The notes beneath the pieces were generated by a model. It did not search any database, was not told the origin of the DNA, and saw only the letters and a program-made list of their open reading frames with translations. Below, one piece after another: positions 16,205 through 25,191 of a stretch of 45,736 nucleotides of DNA. The first letter of the stretch is position 1, and each line of letters opens with the position of its first letter. Source of the DNA: Nitrospinaceae bacterium (GTDB taxonomy: Bacteria > Nitrospinota > Nitrospinia > Nitrospinales > VA-1); NCBI GenBank assembly GCA_020343535.1, contig CP070799.1, positions 1,723,975 to 1,769,710 on the forward strand. Direction: 5' to 3'. The translations under genes were made by a program, and so were the position numbers.

Positions 16205-19200
16205 ATGCGAGGATTTCAGGCGCCCTGGCGGCTCGTGCTCTGGATCGGCATCGCCATCGGTTTCTTGGCGGTGCCGCTTTCCGCCGGGGAGAAAGACCCG
16301 GCGGCCCTCCAGGCCAACGCGGAAGCGTATTACGCAAAAAAATCCTACGCACGGGCCAACGCCCTCTACCGTGAAATCGCCGCACTGAAACCCGAGGGGG
16401 ACTTGGCCCGCTGGGTGGATTTCCGCATTGCCGACACCCAGTGGCGGGCCGCGGCGGCGACCGACAACCCCGACCCCACTTTGATCGAAGAAGCCCAAAG
16501 AGCGCTCGAGGTCCAAGTGAGAGATATCCGCCGTGCCGAGGAGGAGGACAGGATCTATTCCGAGGTGCATGAGTCGCTGGCGGATTTCTGGTGGACGCGG
16601 CCGCAATCGAAAAATTGGTCCCAGGCCTGGGTCCATTACCAAAAAGCCCTGGACGGCTGGGCGGGCGCAAGCGACATCGACCTCGCCCGCAAGCGCTACC
16701 TGGCCATGGTGTGGAAAATGACCCGTCCTCCCTGGAAAGCTCCGCACGAATACTATGGCTATTACGGCAACTTCCTTCCGCTTGAAGTGATTGAAAACGC
16801 CGTCGAAATCGCCACCGATGAAAATGACCGGATGCGCGCCCAGTACCTCCTCGCCCTCAGCCTGAAAAGACAGGGCGGACAGAATCCGCGCCGGGTGGGC
16901 AAAGCCTTCGAAGCGGCGATTCTGGAAGGTCAAAAGTCTGAATGGTACGACGATGCCCTCTTTCAATACGCCGAGTGGCTTTCAAGCTACGGCGGCGTCA
17001 TCATCCTTGAGAACGGCCAACAGCGCCGCCAGCCGGATTATCCCAAGGCTCTGGAAGTCTATCGCAGCCTACTCAAGGAATTCAAAAAAGGCGAAACCCG
17101 CTATTTCGATCAGGCCAAGCATCGCATCGAGACGATCACAAAACCCACTCTCGGAGTGAGCGTCGCCAATATTTTCCTGCCCGAGTCGGAGATTCAGGTT
17201 CACCTGAACTTCAGGAACCTGGATCATGTCGATTGGTCCCTCTATGCCGTGGACCTCACCGAAGACGTCCGATTGGGCGGCAAGGACGGGTTGAACCGGT
17301 GGATGCGCGGCATCGCCACAGCGCGGCAAAAGAAGATCGCCTCTGGCCGCGAACCCACAGGCGACAAGGGCCTCCACCAGCTCGGCCATAAGTCCACCCG
17401 CATTGCCGATACGCTGCCCCGGGGTGCGTATCTCCTCGAAGCCACCGGCGGCGGCGAGCGCGCGCGCGAGCTGGTACTGGTGACCGAATCAACCCTGGTG
17501 CTGAAAACCTCGGGCAAACAGGCCCTCACCTTCTTCGCCGACGCTCTCGACGGCTCGCCCATCGCGAATGCGCGGGTGACCTTGTGGGAACGATACTACG
17601 ACGGACGCAAGTGGATCTGGCAGGATCACAAGGCGAAATCCGGCGACGATGGCCTGGTCGTGTTCGACCTGGCCGGCGTCCGTAAACAAAAGGAAATTTT
17701 CGCCGCCGCACGGCGGGACGGCAGTCAGGCCTTCGCCACCGGCCAGGCTTACCGGCAGCCGGCCGCCACGGCTTCCTGGCGCCTGTACGTCTCGACCGAT
17801 CGGCCCGCCTACCGGCCCCGCGAAACAGCGCACTGGAAGGTGGTGGCCCGCACCTACGACGGCTCGGTCTACACCACTCCCGCGGACCAAATCATCGAAT
17901 ACCAAGTCAGCGACCCGCGCGGCGCGAAGTTGAAAGAAGGATCGCTCACCCTCAACGCGTTCGGCAGCGCGTGGGACGCGCTCGAACTCACCGAGACGCT
18001 GCCGCTCGGCGCCTACCAGGTGAGTTTCTGGACTCCCGGCCGAAAACAGCACATCGGCGGCGCGGCTTTGTTCCGCCTAGAGGAATACAAGCTGCCCGAG
18101 TTCCGCGTCCGCATCAAACCCCCCGAGGAAGACGGTCGCCGAAAAACCTTCCGCACCGGCGACCGGGTGGAAGTCGACATTCAGGCAGATTACTATTTCG
18201 GCGGCGTCGTCCAAGACGCAACCATCGAGGTGCTTTTGTTCCAGAAGCCCTTTCAGCAGATCTGGCGGCCGACGCCGATGTATCCGTGGTATTACCACGA
18301 TATCCTGCCTGTCATGCCCGGCGGTTTCGGCGGTCCGGGACAGCAGATCAAGCGCGAAATGCTGAAAACCGACGCGGGCGGCCGCGCCACGTTCACCTTC
18401 GACACGCCCGAGGGCGGGACGGACACGGAATACCGCATCGAAGCCCGGGTGACCGACACCTCGCGGCGCGAGGTGGTCGCGGCGGATACGGTGCGCGTCA
18501 CCCGGCAAAGCCATTCCGTCCATCTGAGGCCCGCTCACAAGCTGTACCAACCGCAAGACAAGGTGAGCGTCGCCATCCACGCCATGGATGCGAACAACCA
18601 GCCCGTGGAGGCCCGTGGCCTTGTCCACGTGACGCGCGACCTCTGGTTCGAAATCTGGATCGACCCCACTGGCCGTGAAGTCCAGGGGGAGGAATTACAA
18701 TCCCTGCGCCAGGGGGGCGTTATCTTCCCGCCGCCCCCCGCCCCCGGCCAGAGGCCATGGCGTCTCAAGTTTCGCGGCTACCAGCACGACGAAATCCTGT
18801 CCCGGCCGATGAAAACCGGCGGCGAGGGCGAAGCCGAACTGACCTTCACCCCGGACCGCGAAGGCTACTACCGCATTGAATGGACCGGCCTCGAGAAAGA
18901 ACCATTTCCCATTTCCGCCGAGAGCACGGTCTGGGTGGCCACCGGCAAAACCACCGAACTGGGCTACCGCCACGGCGGCCTGGAAATCCTGGTGGACAAG
19001 GACACCTTCCACGCCGGGCAAACGGCCCCGGTCATGCTTTCGGCGCCGGTGAGCGGGGGTTACGTCCTGTTCAGCGTCGAGGCCGACGACTTGTACAGTG
19101 TCCGGCTGGTGCCCCTCAAGGGTTCGGTCAAGCTCCTCGAAATCCCGCTCACGGAAAAACATGTGCCCAACGTCTATCTCGGTGCGGCAATGGTTTCCGG

Positions 19201-22129
19201 CCGCCAGCTTTATGCCGACCAAAAGCAGGTCGTGGTGCCGCCGGTGGAAAACTTTCTCACCGTGGAGGTGACCCCCGACCGGAAAGCTTACCAGCCTGGG
19301 AACTCGGGCCGCCTCACCGTCACCACGCGCGACCACCGGGGCCGCCCGGTGGCCGCCGAGGTGGGCCTGGGGGTGAGCGACGAGGCGGTGTATGCGATTC
19401 AGAAGGACCTCGCCCCGGATCCTAGAGAATTCTTTTTCGGCGCCAAGCGCGCCCTGCGCACGCAACTAAGGAGCTCGTTTCAGATCAAACCCTATGCCCG
19501 GATGGTCGAAACGGAGGAGGGACGCTTCATTAACACCCTGACGCCAGACACTCATCCCAACGAAGAGATTCTTGGCGGCCAGTACCGTCAGAACGGGGCC
19601 GGGAACCGGGCGGGCCTTGCCAAAATGAGCGCGCGCCTGCCCATCAGCCAGGATTCCAGCGTGATGTTTGAAAGCGGTGAAATGCTTGCCAACGAGGCCG
19701 AATCCTTCCGAGGGGCGGACAGCGGCGGTGAGAACGCCGTTCAAGTACGCTCCGACTTTAGAAGCACCCTTCTCTGGCGGCCCGATCTCGTCACTGGCAA
19801 GGACGGCCGGGCCGAGGTCGAAGTAAATTTCGCTGACGCCCTCACCGAATGGCGGGCCACCGCCCGCGTTCACAGCGCGGGCAACCAGTTCGGCGTCGCC
19901 ACCGCTCACGTGCGGACGGCTAAGCCGCTGATCGCCCGCCTGCAGGCACCGCGTTTTTTCGTGGTGGGCGACAGCGTGACGGTCTCGGCGGTGCTCAACA
20001 ACAATACCGGCAAGACCCTTGCCGTCGCCGCCGGGCTCGACGCCGAGGGCCTGAAGATTAACGGCAGCGTTGCCGGAGGCCGGGCCGCCAAACCCGGCCC
20101 GGTCCGCGTGGAAGTGCCCGCGCACGGGGAGACACGGGTGGACTGGAAGATGACAGTAAACCGCCCTGGCGAGGCGAAGCTGCGGCTCACCGCGCGCGGC
20201 AAGATGCACTCCGACGCCATGGAGAAAACCTACCCGGTCCACGAGCACGGCATTGAAAAATTCATCGCGGGGTCGGGCAAGATGACAGGAAAGACGGAAA
20301 GCGTCACGCTGACTCTCCCGCGCGAGCGCAAGCCAGGGAACACGGAGATGACCGTCCTCCTTACCCCGAGCCTGGGGGTGACGATGCTCGATGCCCTTCC
20401 CTACCTCATTGACTACCCCTACGGCTGCACCGAGCAGACGCTCAGCCGCTTTTTGCCCGCGGTGATTGTCAAAAAAACCCTGACGGACCTCGGTTTAAAT
20501 CCTCAGGCCGTGGAGCAGGCGATCTTCGGCGGAATCGACGAGGGTTTCACCGGCCAGACCCACCCGAAGGGCAAAAAAGATTTCGCCCGGCTCGATAGCA
20601 TGGTGAAGACGGGTCTGTCGCGGCTCTATGATTTCCAGCACGGCGACGGCGGCTGGGGCTGGTGGAAGGGCGGCGAGAGCGACCATTTCATGTCGGCCTA
20701 CGTGCTCTGGGGGCTGGCGCTGGCCCGCCAATCCGGTATAGAGGTGGACGCCGGCGTGGTGAAGCGGGCCGTCCGGTACCTGAATGAGGAACTGGTGGAA
20801 GAGGAAAACGCGCTAGACCGCCAGGCCTGGATGCTCCACGCCCTGGCGGCAGAGGCCCAATCGGAAATCCGCAAGCCTGGAAAATTCCAGGCGCGCGCCC
20901 TCGACAATCTCTGGAAACGCCGGGAACAACTCAACGCCTACAGCCGCGCCCTCGTCGCCCTCGCCGCGTATCATTTCGGCGACCGGGAAAAGGCCCGCAC
21001 GTTGGTGGAAAACCTGGAGAACGGCGTCATCCGTGACCATGAGCCAGGCTCCTCGACCGTTCTGGGAGACGGTTCTCCGGCCTCCTCAGCCAGCCTCGGC
21101 ACCGCGCACTGGGGGGAGGACGGGCTATTCAGGCGCTGGTCCGACGGCGGGGTAGAGGCCACCGCCTTCGCCCTTCGGGCACTGGTCGCCATCGAGCCCG
21201 GCCACGCCCTCATCGAACCGGTCAGCCACTGGCTCATCAAAAACCGGCGCGGCGCGCACTGGAAAAACACGCGCGACACCGCTATCGTTCTTCTCGCGCT
21301 GAATGACTATCTGCACGAGTCCGGAGAACTGGGCACCCGCGCCGACTTTGAGATTCTTGTCAACGAAAAGTCCATCGCCCGCATTCGCGTCGACGATCCA
21401 CTGACGGGACTTAAAAGTTTTGGTGTAAACCCCGCCCTCCTCAAGGACGGGCCGAACACCATCCGTATCGTGCGCAAGAGTGGTGAAGGCCCTCTGTATT
21501 ACGCTGCCGAGGCTCGCTACTTCAGTCTTGAAGAACCGATTCCCGCCGCCGGCCACGAGATCTTCGTCCACCGCCAGTATTACAAACTCCGCGGCCGCCC
21601 CACTCTGCTCAAGGGTTACGTCTATGACAAAGTGCTTCTGGCCGATGGGGACCACTTGAAAAGCGGCGAGCGCGTCGAGGTGGTGCTCACCATCGAGGCG
21701 AAAAACCATTATGAATATCTGGTGTTCGAGGATCTGAAGCCTGCGGGCTTCGAGGCGGCGGCCCTGTTAAGTGGCGAGGCGCTCCATGCAAAGGAGCTTA
21801 AGCAGGCCGCGGCCATGGAACGAATGGGAAAAAGGCCACCGGCCTCCGCCGAGACCCGACTCCGGCTCCCCTCCGTCATCCCGCCTGATGCAGGAGAATC
21901 GGACTATACCGGCCGCACGCGCTGGGTCTATCAGGAACTACGCGACCGCAAGGTGGCCCTGTTCCTCGACCAACTGCCCGAGGGCCTATGGGAGATGCGC
22001 TACGAGCTTCGCGCTGAGGTTCCCGGCCGTTTTCATGCCCTGCCGGTCCTCGGCCACGCCATGTACATTCCGGAAATTCGCGCCAACGGGTCGGAGATGC
22101 GCCTCGTCGTCGAGGACGAAGAATTCTGA
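16205..22129 (+). CDS. bacterial alpha-2-macroglobulin family protein (1974 aa) with an N-terminal TPR-like extension
   Basis: AAGGAGG SD. Signal peptide (LVLWIGIAIGFLAVPLSA) with no Cys. Helical TPR-like region of about 300 aa, then a long beta-rich MG-domain body. Thioester motif YPYGCTEQTLSRFLP. Alpha/alpha-toroid TED-like segment (DGGWGWWKGGESDHFMSAYVLWGLALA). Confidence 0.85.
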   Translation: MRGFQAPWRLVLWIGIAIGFLAVPLSAGEKDPAALQANAEAYYAKKSYARANALYREIAALKPEGDLARWVDFRIADTQWRAAAATDNPDPTLIEEAQRALEVQVRDIRRAEEEDRIYSEVHESLADFWWTRPQSKNWSQAWVHYQKALDGWAGASDIDLARKRYLAMVWKMTRPPWKAPHEYYGYYGNFLPLEVIENAVEIATDENDRMRAQYLLALSLKRQGGQNPRRVGKAFEAAILEGQKSEWYDDALFQYAEWLSSYGGVIILENGQQRRQPDYPKALEVYRSLLKEFKKGETRYFDQAKHRIETITKPTLGVSVANIFLPESEIQVHLNFRNLDHVDWSLYAVDLTEDVRLGGKDGLNRWMRGIATARQKKIASGREPTGDKGLHQLGHKSTRIADTLPRGAYLLEATGGGERARELVLVTESTLVLKTSGKQALTFFADALDGSPIANARVTLWERYYDGRKWIWQDHKAKSGDDGLVVFDLAGVRKQKEIFAAARRDGSQAFATGQAYRQPAATASWRLYVSTDRPAYRPRETAHWKVVARTYDGSVYTTPADQIIEYQVSDPRGAKLKEGSLTLNAFGSAWDALELTETLPLGAYQVSFWTPGRKQHIGGAALFRLEEYKLPEFRVRIKPPEEDGRRKTFRTGDRVEVDIQADYYFGGVVQDATIEVLLFQKPFQQIWRPTPMYPWYYHDILPVMPGGFGGPGQQIKREMLKTDAGGRATFTFDTPEGGTDTEYRIEARVTDTSRREVVAADTVRVTRQSHSVHLRPAHKLYQPQDKVSVAIHAMDANNQPVEARGLVHVTRDLWFEIWIDPTGREVQGEELQSLRQGGVIFPPPPAPGQRPWRLKFRGYQHDEILSRPMKTGGEGEAELTFTPDREGYYRIEWTGLEKEPFPISAESTVWVATGKTTELGYRHGGLEILVDKDTFHAGQTAPVMLSAPVSGGYVLFSVEADDLYSVRLVPLKGSVKLLEIPLTEKHVPNVYLGAAMVSGRQLYADQKQVVVPPVENFLTVEVTPDRKAYQPGNSGRLTVTTRDHRGRPVAAEVGLGVSDEAVYAIQKDLAPDPREFFFGAKRALRTQLRSSFQIKPYARMVETEEGRFINTLTPDTHPNEEILGGQYRQNGAGNRAGLAKMSARLPISQDSSVMFESGEMLANEAESFRGADSGGENAVQVRSDFRSTLLWRPDLVTGKDGRAEVEVNFADALTEWRATARVHSAGNQFGVATAHVRTAKPLIARLQAPRFFVVGDSVTVSAVLNNNTGKTLAVAAGLDAEGLKINGSVAGGRAAKPGPVRVEVPAHGETRVDWKMTVNRPGEAKLRLTARGKMHSDAMEKTYPVHEHGIEKFIAGSGKMTGKTESVTLTLPRERKPGNTEMTVLLTPSLGVTMLDALPYLIDYPYGCTEQTLSRFLPAVIVKKTLTDLGLNPQAVEQAIFGGIDEGFTGQTHPKGKKDFARLDSMVKTGLSRLYDFQHGDGGWGWWKGGESDHFMSAYVLWGLALARQSGIEVDAGVVKRAVRYLNEELVEEENALDRQAWMLHALAAEAQSEIRKPGKFQARALDNLWKRREQLNAYSRALVALAAYHFGDREKARTLVENLENGVIRDHEPGSSTVLGDGSPASSASLGTAHWGEDGLFRRWSDGGVEATAFALRALVAIEPGHALIEPVSHWLIKNRRGAHWKNTRDTAIVLLALNDYLHESGELGTRADFEILVNEKSIARIRVDDPLTGLKSFGVNPALLKDGPNTIRIVRKSGEGPLYYAAEARYFSLEEPIPAAGHEIFVHRQYYKLRGRPTLLKGYVYDKVLLADGDHLKSGERVEVVLTIEAKNHYEYLVFEDLKPAGFEAAALLSGEALHAKELKQAAAMERMGKRPPASAETRLRLPSVIPPDAGESDYTGRTRWVYQELRDRKVALFLDQLPEGLWEMRYELRAEVPGRFHALPVLGHAMYIPEIRANGSEMRLVVEDEEF
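20426..20437 (+). other. thioester motif codons Cys-Thr-Glu-Gln (residues 1408-1411) of the alpha-2-macroglobulin
   Basis: TGC ACC GAG CAG, in frame with the ATG at 16205. The CxEQ pattern matches thioester-forming A2M/complement proteins. Confidence 0.6.
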
Positions 22130-22175
22130 AAAAAATACGCCCGGCGGAAGAGAGTTGTCCCTTTCCGCCGGGCGT
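22130..22175 (-). terminator. strong hairpin between convergent genes; a rho-independent terminator for the minus-strand gene and possibly a stop for A2M too
   Basis: 13-bp stem ACGCCCGGCGGAA (22137-22149) pairs with TTCCGCCGGGCGT (22163-22175). The A-run at 22129-22135 becomes a T-run after the hairpin on the minus strand. No T-run follows it on the plus strand. Confidence 0.6.
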
Positions 22176-22199
22176 GCCAGCAAGCCAATAGAATTCACA

Positions 22200-22961
22200 T
22201 TAAAACCCGCCACCGATTTTGGCGAGGAAGGTCCTGAGTTCCTTCTGCACGTTGCCCCCCCAATTTTCCTTCTCCCGCGACAGGGTGGGTAGTACCGCCT
22301 GTCCCGTGGCCATCTCCAGGCCTTGGGCGATACTGACGAGGATGGGTGTGCCAAAGCGCTCCACCAGCCCGTGTTCCTCGGCGGCGCGGAAGGCCATCTC
22401 CGGCCCAACGATCATGGCCCAGGTCTGCACCGCGGCGGTGAAACGTGCTTCGCGGTAGGGCAGCGATTCCACCGCTTCCATGTAGGTTTCGGCGTCGATT
22501 TCTCCCGCCTCGAACTCCCGGATCAGGTCGCTCAGGGACTTTTCATCGGATTCAATGCGTTTGTAGATGTATTCAAATATTTTTCCCTCGGATTTCCTGA
22601 GCTCCTGCAGATTCCAGGAGCAATGGAAATCCGCCGATTCCTTTTGTTCGGGCTGGGTTTCGCGTTCGATTTTGCGAATGCAGGTGGGGCAGCGCTTGCC
22701 GCCGTCGTGGGCGAAGGCCGAACCGCAGGCGATGCAACCGGCAAGCACGCTCTCGATCGCCAGCGCCAACGCGTCGCCGTTAAGACCCAGAACATGCCTC
22801 AGGGTCATGCGCACCGGGTTGTTTCTGATGATGGGGAGCCACTCGGAGCAGGAAGAACAGTAAATTTTGTAGCCCTGCTTGCCCTCGGGCACTTCGGTCA
22901 CCGCTTGGTAGCCCTCCTGGCACAACACGCATTCGATCTCTCTGGATAAGGATTCCGCCAT
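22200..22961 (-). CDS. hypothetical protein: two CxxC...CxxC zinc ribbons plus a C-terminal helical domain
   Basis: GGAGG SD 9 nt upstream of the ATG. CVLCQ...(20 aa)...CSSCSEW and CIACGS...(11 aa)...CPTCIRK. The ~140-aa C-terminal acidic helical region matches no motif I recognise. The gene has its own terminator and is separated from the upstream operon by a terminator. Confidence 0.7.
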   Translation of the reverse strand: MAESLSREIECVLCQEGYQAVTEVPEGKQGYKIYCSSCSEWLPIIRNNPVRMTLRHVLGLNGDALALAIESVLAGCIACGSAFAHDGGKRCPTCIRKIERETQPEQKESADFHCSWNLQELRKSEGKIFEYIYKRIESDEKSLSDLIREFEAGEIDAETYMEAVESLPYREARFTAAVQTWAMIVGPEMAFRAAEEHGLVERFGTPILVSIAQGLEMATGQAVLPTLSREKENWGGNVQKELRTFLAKIGGGF

Positions 22962-23063
22962 GTTAGAGACCTCCAGAATTTCTATTATTTGTAATTAGAT
23001 GACAGACTAACGCTGGGAATGCAAAAATTCGGCTCCGGAGCGTTAATATTCCGGATCCGCCGC

Positions 23064-23097
23064 AAAAAAAATAACCCATGGCCGAATCGGCCATGGG
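23064..23097 (-). terminator. rho-independent terminator of the 2-oxoacid:ferredoxin oxidoreductase operon
   Basis: 10-bp perfect stem CCCATGGCCG (23075-23084) pairs with CGGCCATGGG (23088-23097). On the minus strand it is followed by T8 (complement of A8 at 23064-23071), about 20 nt after the delta-subunit stop. Confidence 0.8.
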
Positions 23098-23116
23098 CTA
23101 TTCGCAGAAAATCTTG

Positions 23117-23398
23117 TCAGCCCGCGTAGGCCTGGCCCAACCCCGCGGATTCCGCCTGATCGGCACCGAGTTGCACCTTACCCGTCGTCGCGTCGACCGG
23201 GTGCATGGATATCGCGTTGTGGGTGCTGCAAACCACCTTGCACAGGTCACAGCCCTTGCAGCGGCTGGTAATCACAACCGCCTTTTTCGACTCCGGGTTC
23301 AAAAGGATGCAATCGGCCTCCGGACAGTACATGATGCAAAGCCGGCACCCTTTTTCGGCGATACACTTGCTGTCATCTACAAACGCGACATTATACAC
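23117..23398 (-). CDS. 2-oxoacid:ferredoxin oxidoreductase delta subunit (2x[4Fe-4S] ferredoxin-type)
   Basis: Two cluster motifs (CIAEKGCRLCIMYCP and CKGCDLCKVVC). GTG start with AGGAG 7 nt upstream. 93 aa. Confidence 0.8.
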   Translation of the reverse strand: MYNVAFVDDSKCIAEKGCRLCIMYCPEADCILLNPESKKAVVITSRCKGCDLCKVVCSTHNAISMHPVDATTGKVQLGADQAESAGLGQAYAG

Positions 23399-23480
23399 TA
23401 AACTTCTCCTGGTTGTTTACTACGTTCAGAAAAAAAGCACCGAAGGACCACCCTCGGTTTGATAGCGGGTGAAGCTCCTC

Positions 23481-24173
23481 TTACACCCCGGCACCGGCCA
23501 TGGCGGGTTGCACCTCATCCGCCCAAGCGGTTGCCAGTTCGTAGGACTTGATGATGGTGTCCATGTTCTTCTTGAGAAGCATTTCCTTCTTGGCGTATTT
23601 TTTCTTGATCGCCTCGTCCAGTGTAGCGGTACCGCCGGAGGCCACATACTTCTTGCCGAACCGGTCCTGCAGGGCCTTATCCAACGCTTCCAGAGTGACA
23701 ATCCGGGTGACGCCGGCGCAGGCGCCGATCATGGCCATGTTGGTGGAAAGTTCCGTACCGCCGATTTCCATCGCCAGCTTGGTGGCGTCGCAGTTGAACA
23801 CAGCGACATTGAGATCGGCCAAACGCTGATGATCTTCCTCACTGAGTAGGTCGACGGAAGTATTGATGATGACGAGACCATTTTCCTTGATGCCGGAATA
23901 AAACGGCGCCGTATAACTCTTCTGCTGGGTGATGACCTGGGGATGAAATACCATGATGACGTCGGGGTAAACCAGTTCGCCACGGTCGTAGATCTTTTCC
24001 ATGCCGATCCGCACGTAGCTCTCGGCGGGGGCCATGCGCTTCTCGGCACCGAAGAACGGATTGGAAATGGAAAATCTTCCGTCTTTGTTGGCGGCCATCG
24101 CCAGGATGTGGGCGGCGGTCACCGCGCCCTGACCTCCCAATCCGGAGATTCGGATGTTCATTCGCTTAAGCAT
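23481..24173 (-). CDS. 2-oxoacid:ferredoxin oxidoreductase gamma subunit
   Basis: MNIRISGLGGQGAVTAAHILAMAA is typical of the OFOR gamma domain. GAGGAG SD 5 nt upstream of the ATG at 24173. Confidence 0.9.
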   Translation of the reverse strand: MLKRMNIRISGLGGQGAVTAAHILAMAANKDGRFSISNPFFGAEKRMAPAESYVRIGMEKIYDRGELVYPDVIMVFHPQVITQQKSYTAPFYSGIKENGLVIINTSVDLLSEEDHQRLADLNVAVFNCDATKLAMEIGGTELSTNMAMIGACAGVTRIVTLEALDKALQDRFGKKYVASGGTATLDEAIKKKYAKKEMLLKKNMDTIIKSYELATAWADEVQPAMAGAGV

Positions 24174-24213
24174 TATTTCTCCTCTCTTGACATAACTGAA
24201 TCCAAACTGGGGC

Positions 24214-25107
24214 TCACTTCCCCGCTTTGGCGGCTTTTTTCTTGGCTTTCTTTTCCGCTTCCATGTCCGCGAGCAATTCCTTGGCGTCGTCGGTGATGTA
24301 TTCCTTCATCACGAACCGGCCGCCGATGGATTCCGCGTCCTTCATCTCATCCAAGCCCTCCATACTCTGCTTGCCAATCTCCAGGATGCAGGGCGTGTAG
24401 AGCTGCACATACGTGGGGCCAAGCTCGCGGGCGATATACACCGCGTTCTTGATCGCCTTCTCCACCCGGTTAGGCTTGCTCACCGTAAGCATGGCCACGT
24501 ACTTGCAACCGGCTTCGCGGGCGATTTCCGGCAGGCGGACCTTGTCAAACTGCTTACCCACAGGCGCCATCTTGGAAACAAAGCCCTTCTGCATCAGGCC
24601 GCTTTCCTGCCCACCCGTGTTGGCGTAGAGTTCGTTGTCGAAACAGATGGTGGTGAACTTCTCGCCGCGGAACCACGATTGCATGGTGCAGTCGAGGCCT
24701 ATGTCCACCGTCGCGCCGTCGCCGGCGAGGACTATCACGTCCTTGTTCCGATCCGGGAAGCGGCACTTGAGCGCCCGGTGCAGGCCCGATGCGACGGCGT
24801 TCTGGTTGCCGAACAGCGAATGGATATTTTGCACCGCCACGTGAGGAAACACCAGACTGGTGCAGCCGGTGGAACCCACGAAAACCGTGTCCTCCGGGCT
24901 AGGGATGCTGGAGAGGATGTATCGGAAAGCGATGGACTCCGGGCAGCCTGCGCAAAGCGAATGCTGTTCAATCAACTCCTTGGATGAGCCGATATCTTTC
25001 CAGCCGCGCTCCTCGTTGCCGAAGGTGGCGGTGGCGACCAGATCCTGATATTCAGGAGGCATGATATCCGACAGATCGTCACAGAGCTGAATTTTTTCCT
25101 TGCTCAT
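24214..25107 (-). CDS. 2-oxoacid:ferredoxin oxidoreductase beta subunit (TPP-binding)
   Basis: CAGCPESIAFRY Cys motif, and the TPP motif LAGDGATVDIGLD...NELYANTGGQ. Confidence 0.9.
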   Translation of the reverse strand: MSKEKIQLCDDLSDIMPPEYQDLVATATFGNEERGWKDIGSSKELIEQHSLCAGCPESIAFRYILSSIPSPEDTVFVGSTGCTSLVFPHVAVQNIHSLFGNQNAVASGLHRALKCRFPDRNKDVIVLAGDGATVDIGLDCTMQSWFRGEKFTTICFDNELYANTGGQESGLMQKGFVSKMAPVGKQFDKVRLPEIAREAGCKYVAMLTVSKPNRVEKAIKNAVYIARELGPTYVQLYTPCILEIGKQSMEGLDEMKDAESIGGRFVMKEYITDDAKELLADMEAEKKAKKKAAKAGK

Positions 25108-25191
25108 AATATTCCCCTTTTATCCTTAATTTTTCCTTGCGGAAAACGGGTTCGAAATAGTGATTCTTTTTATAAGTGACGCGAAAAAAGC

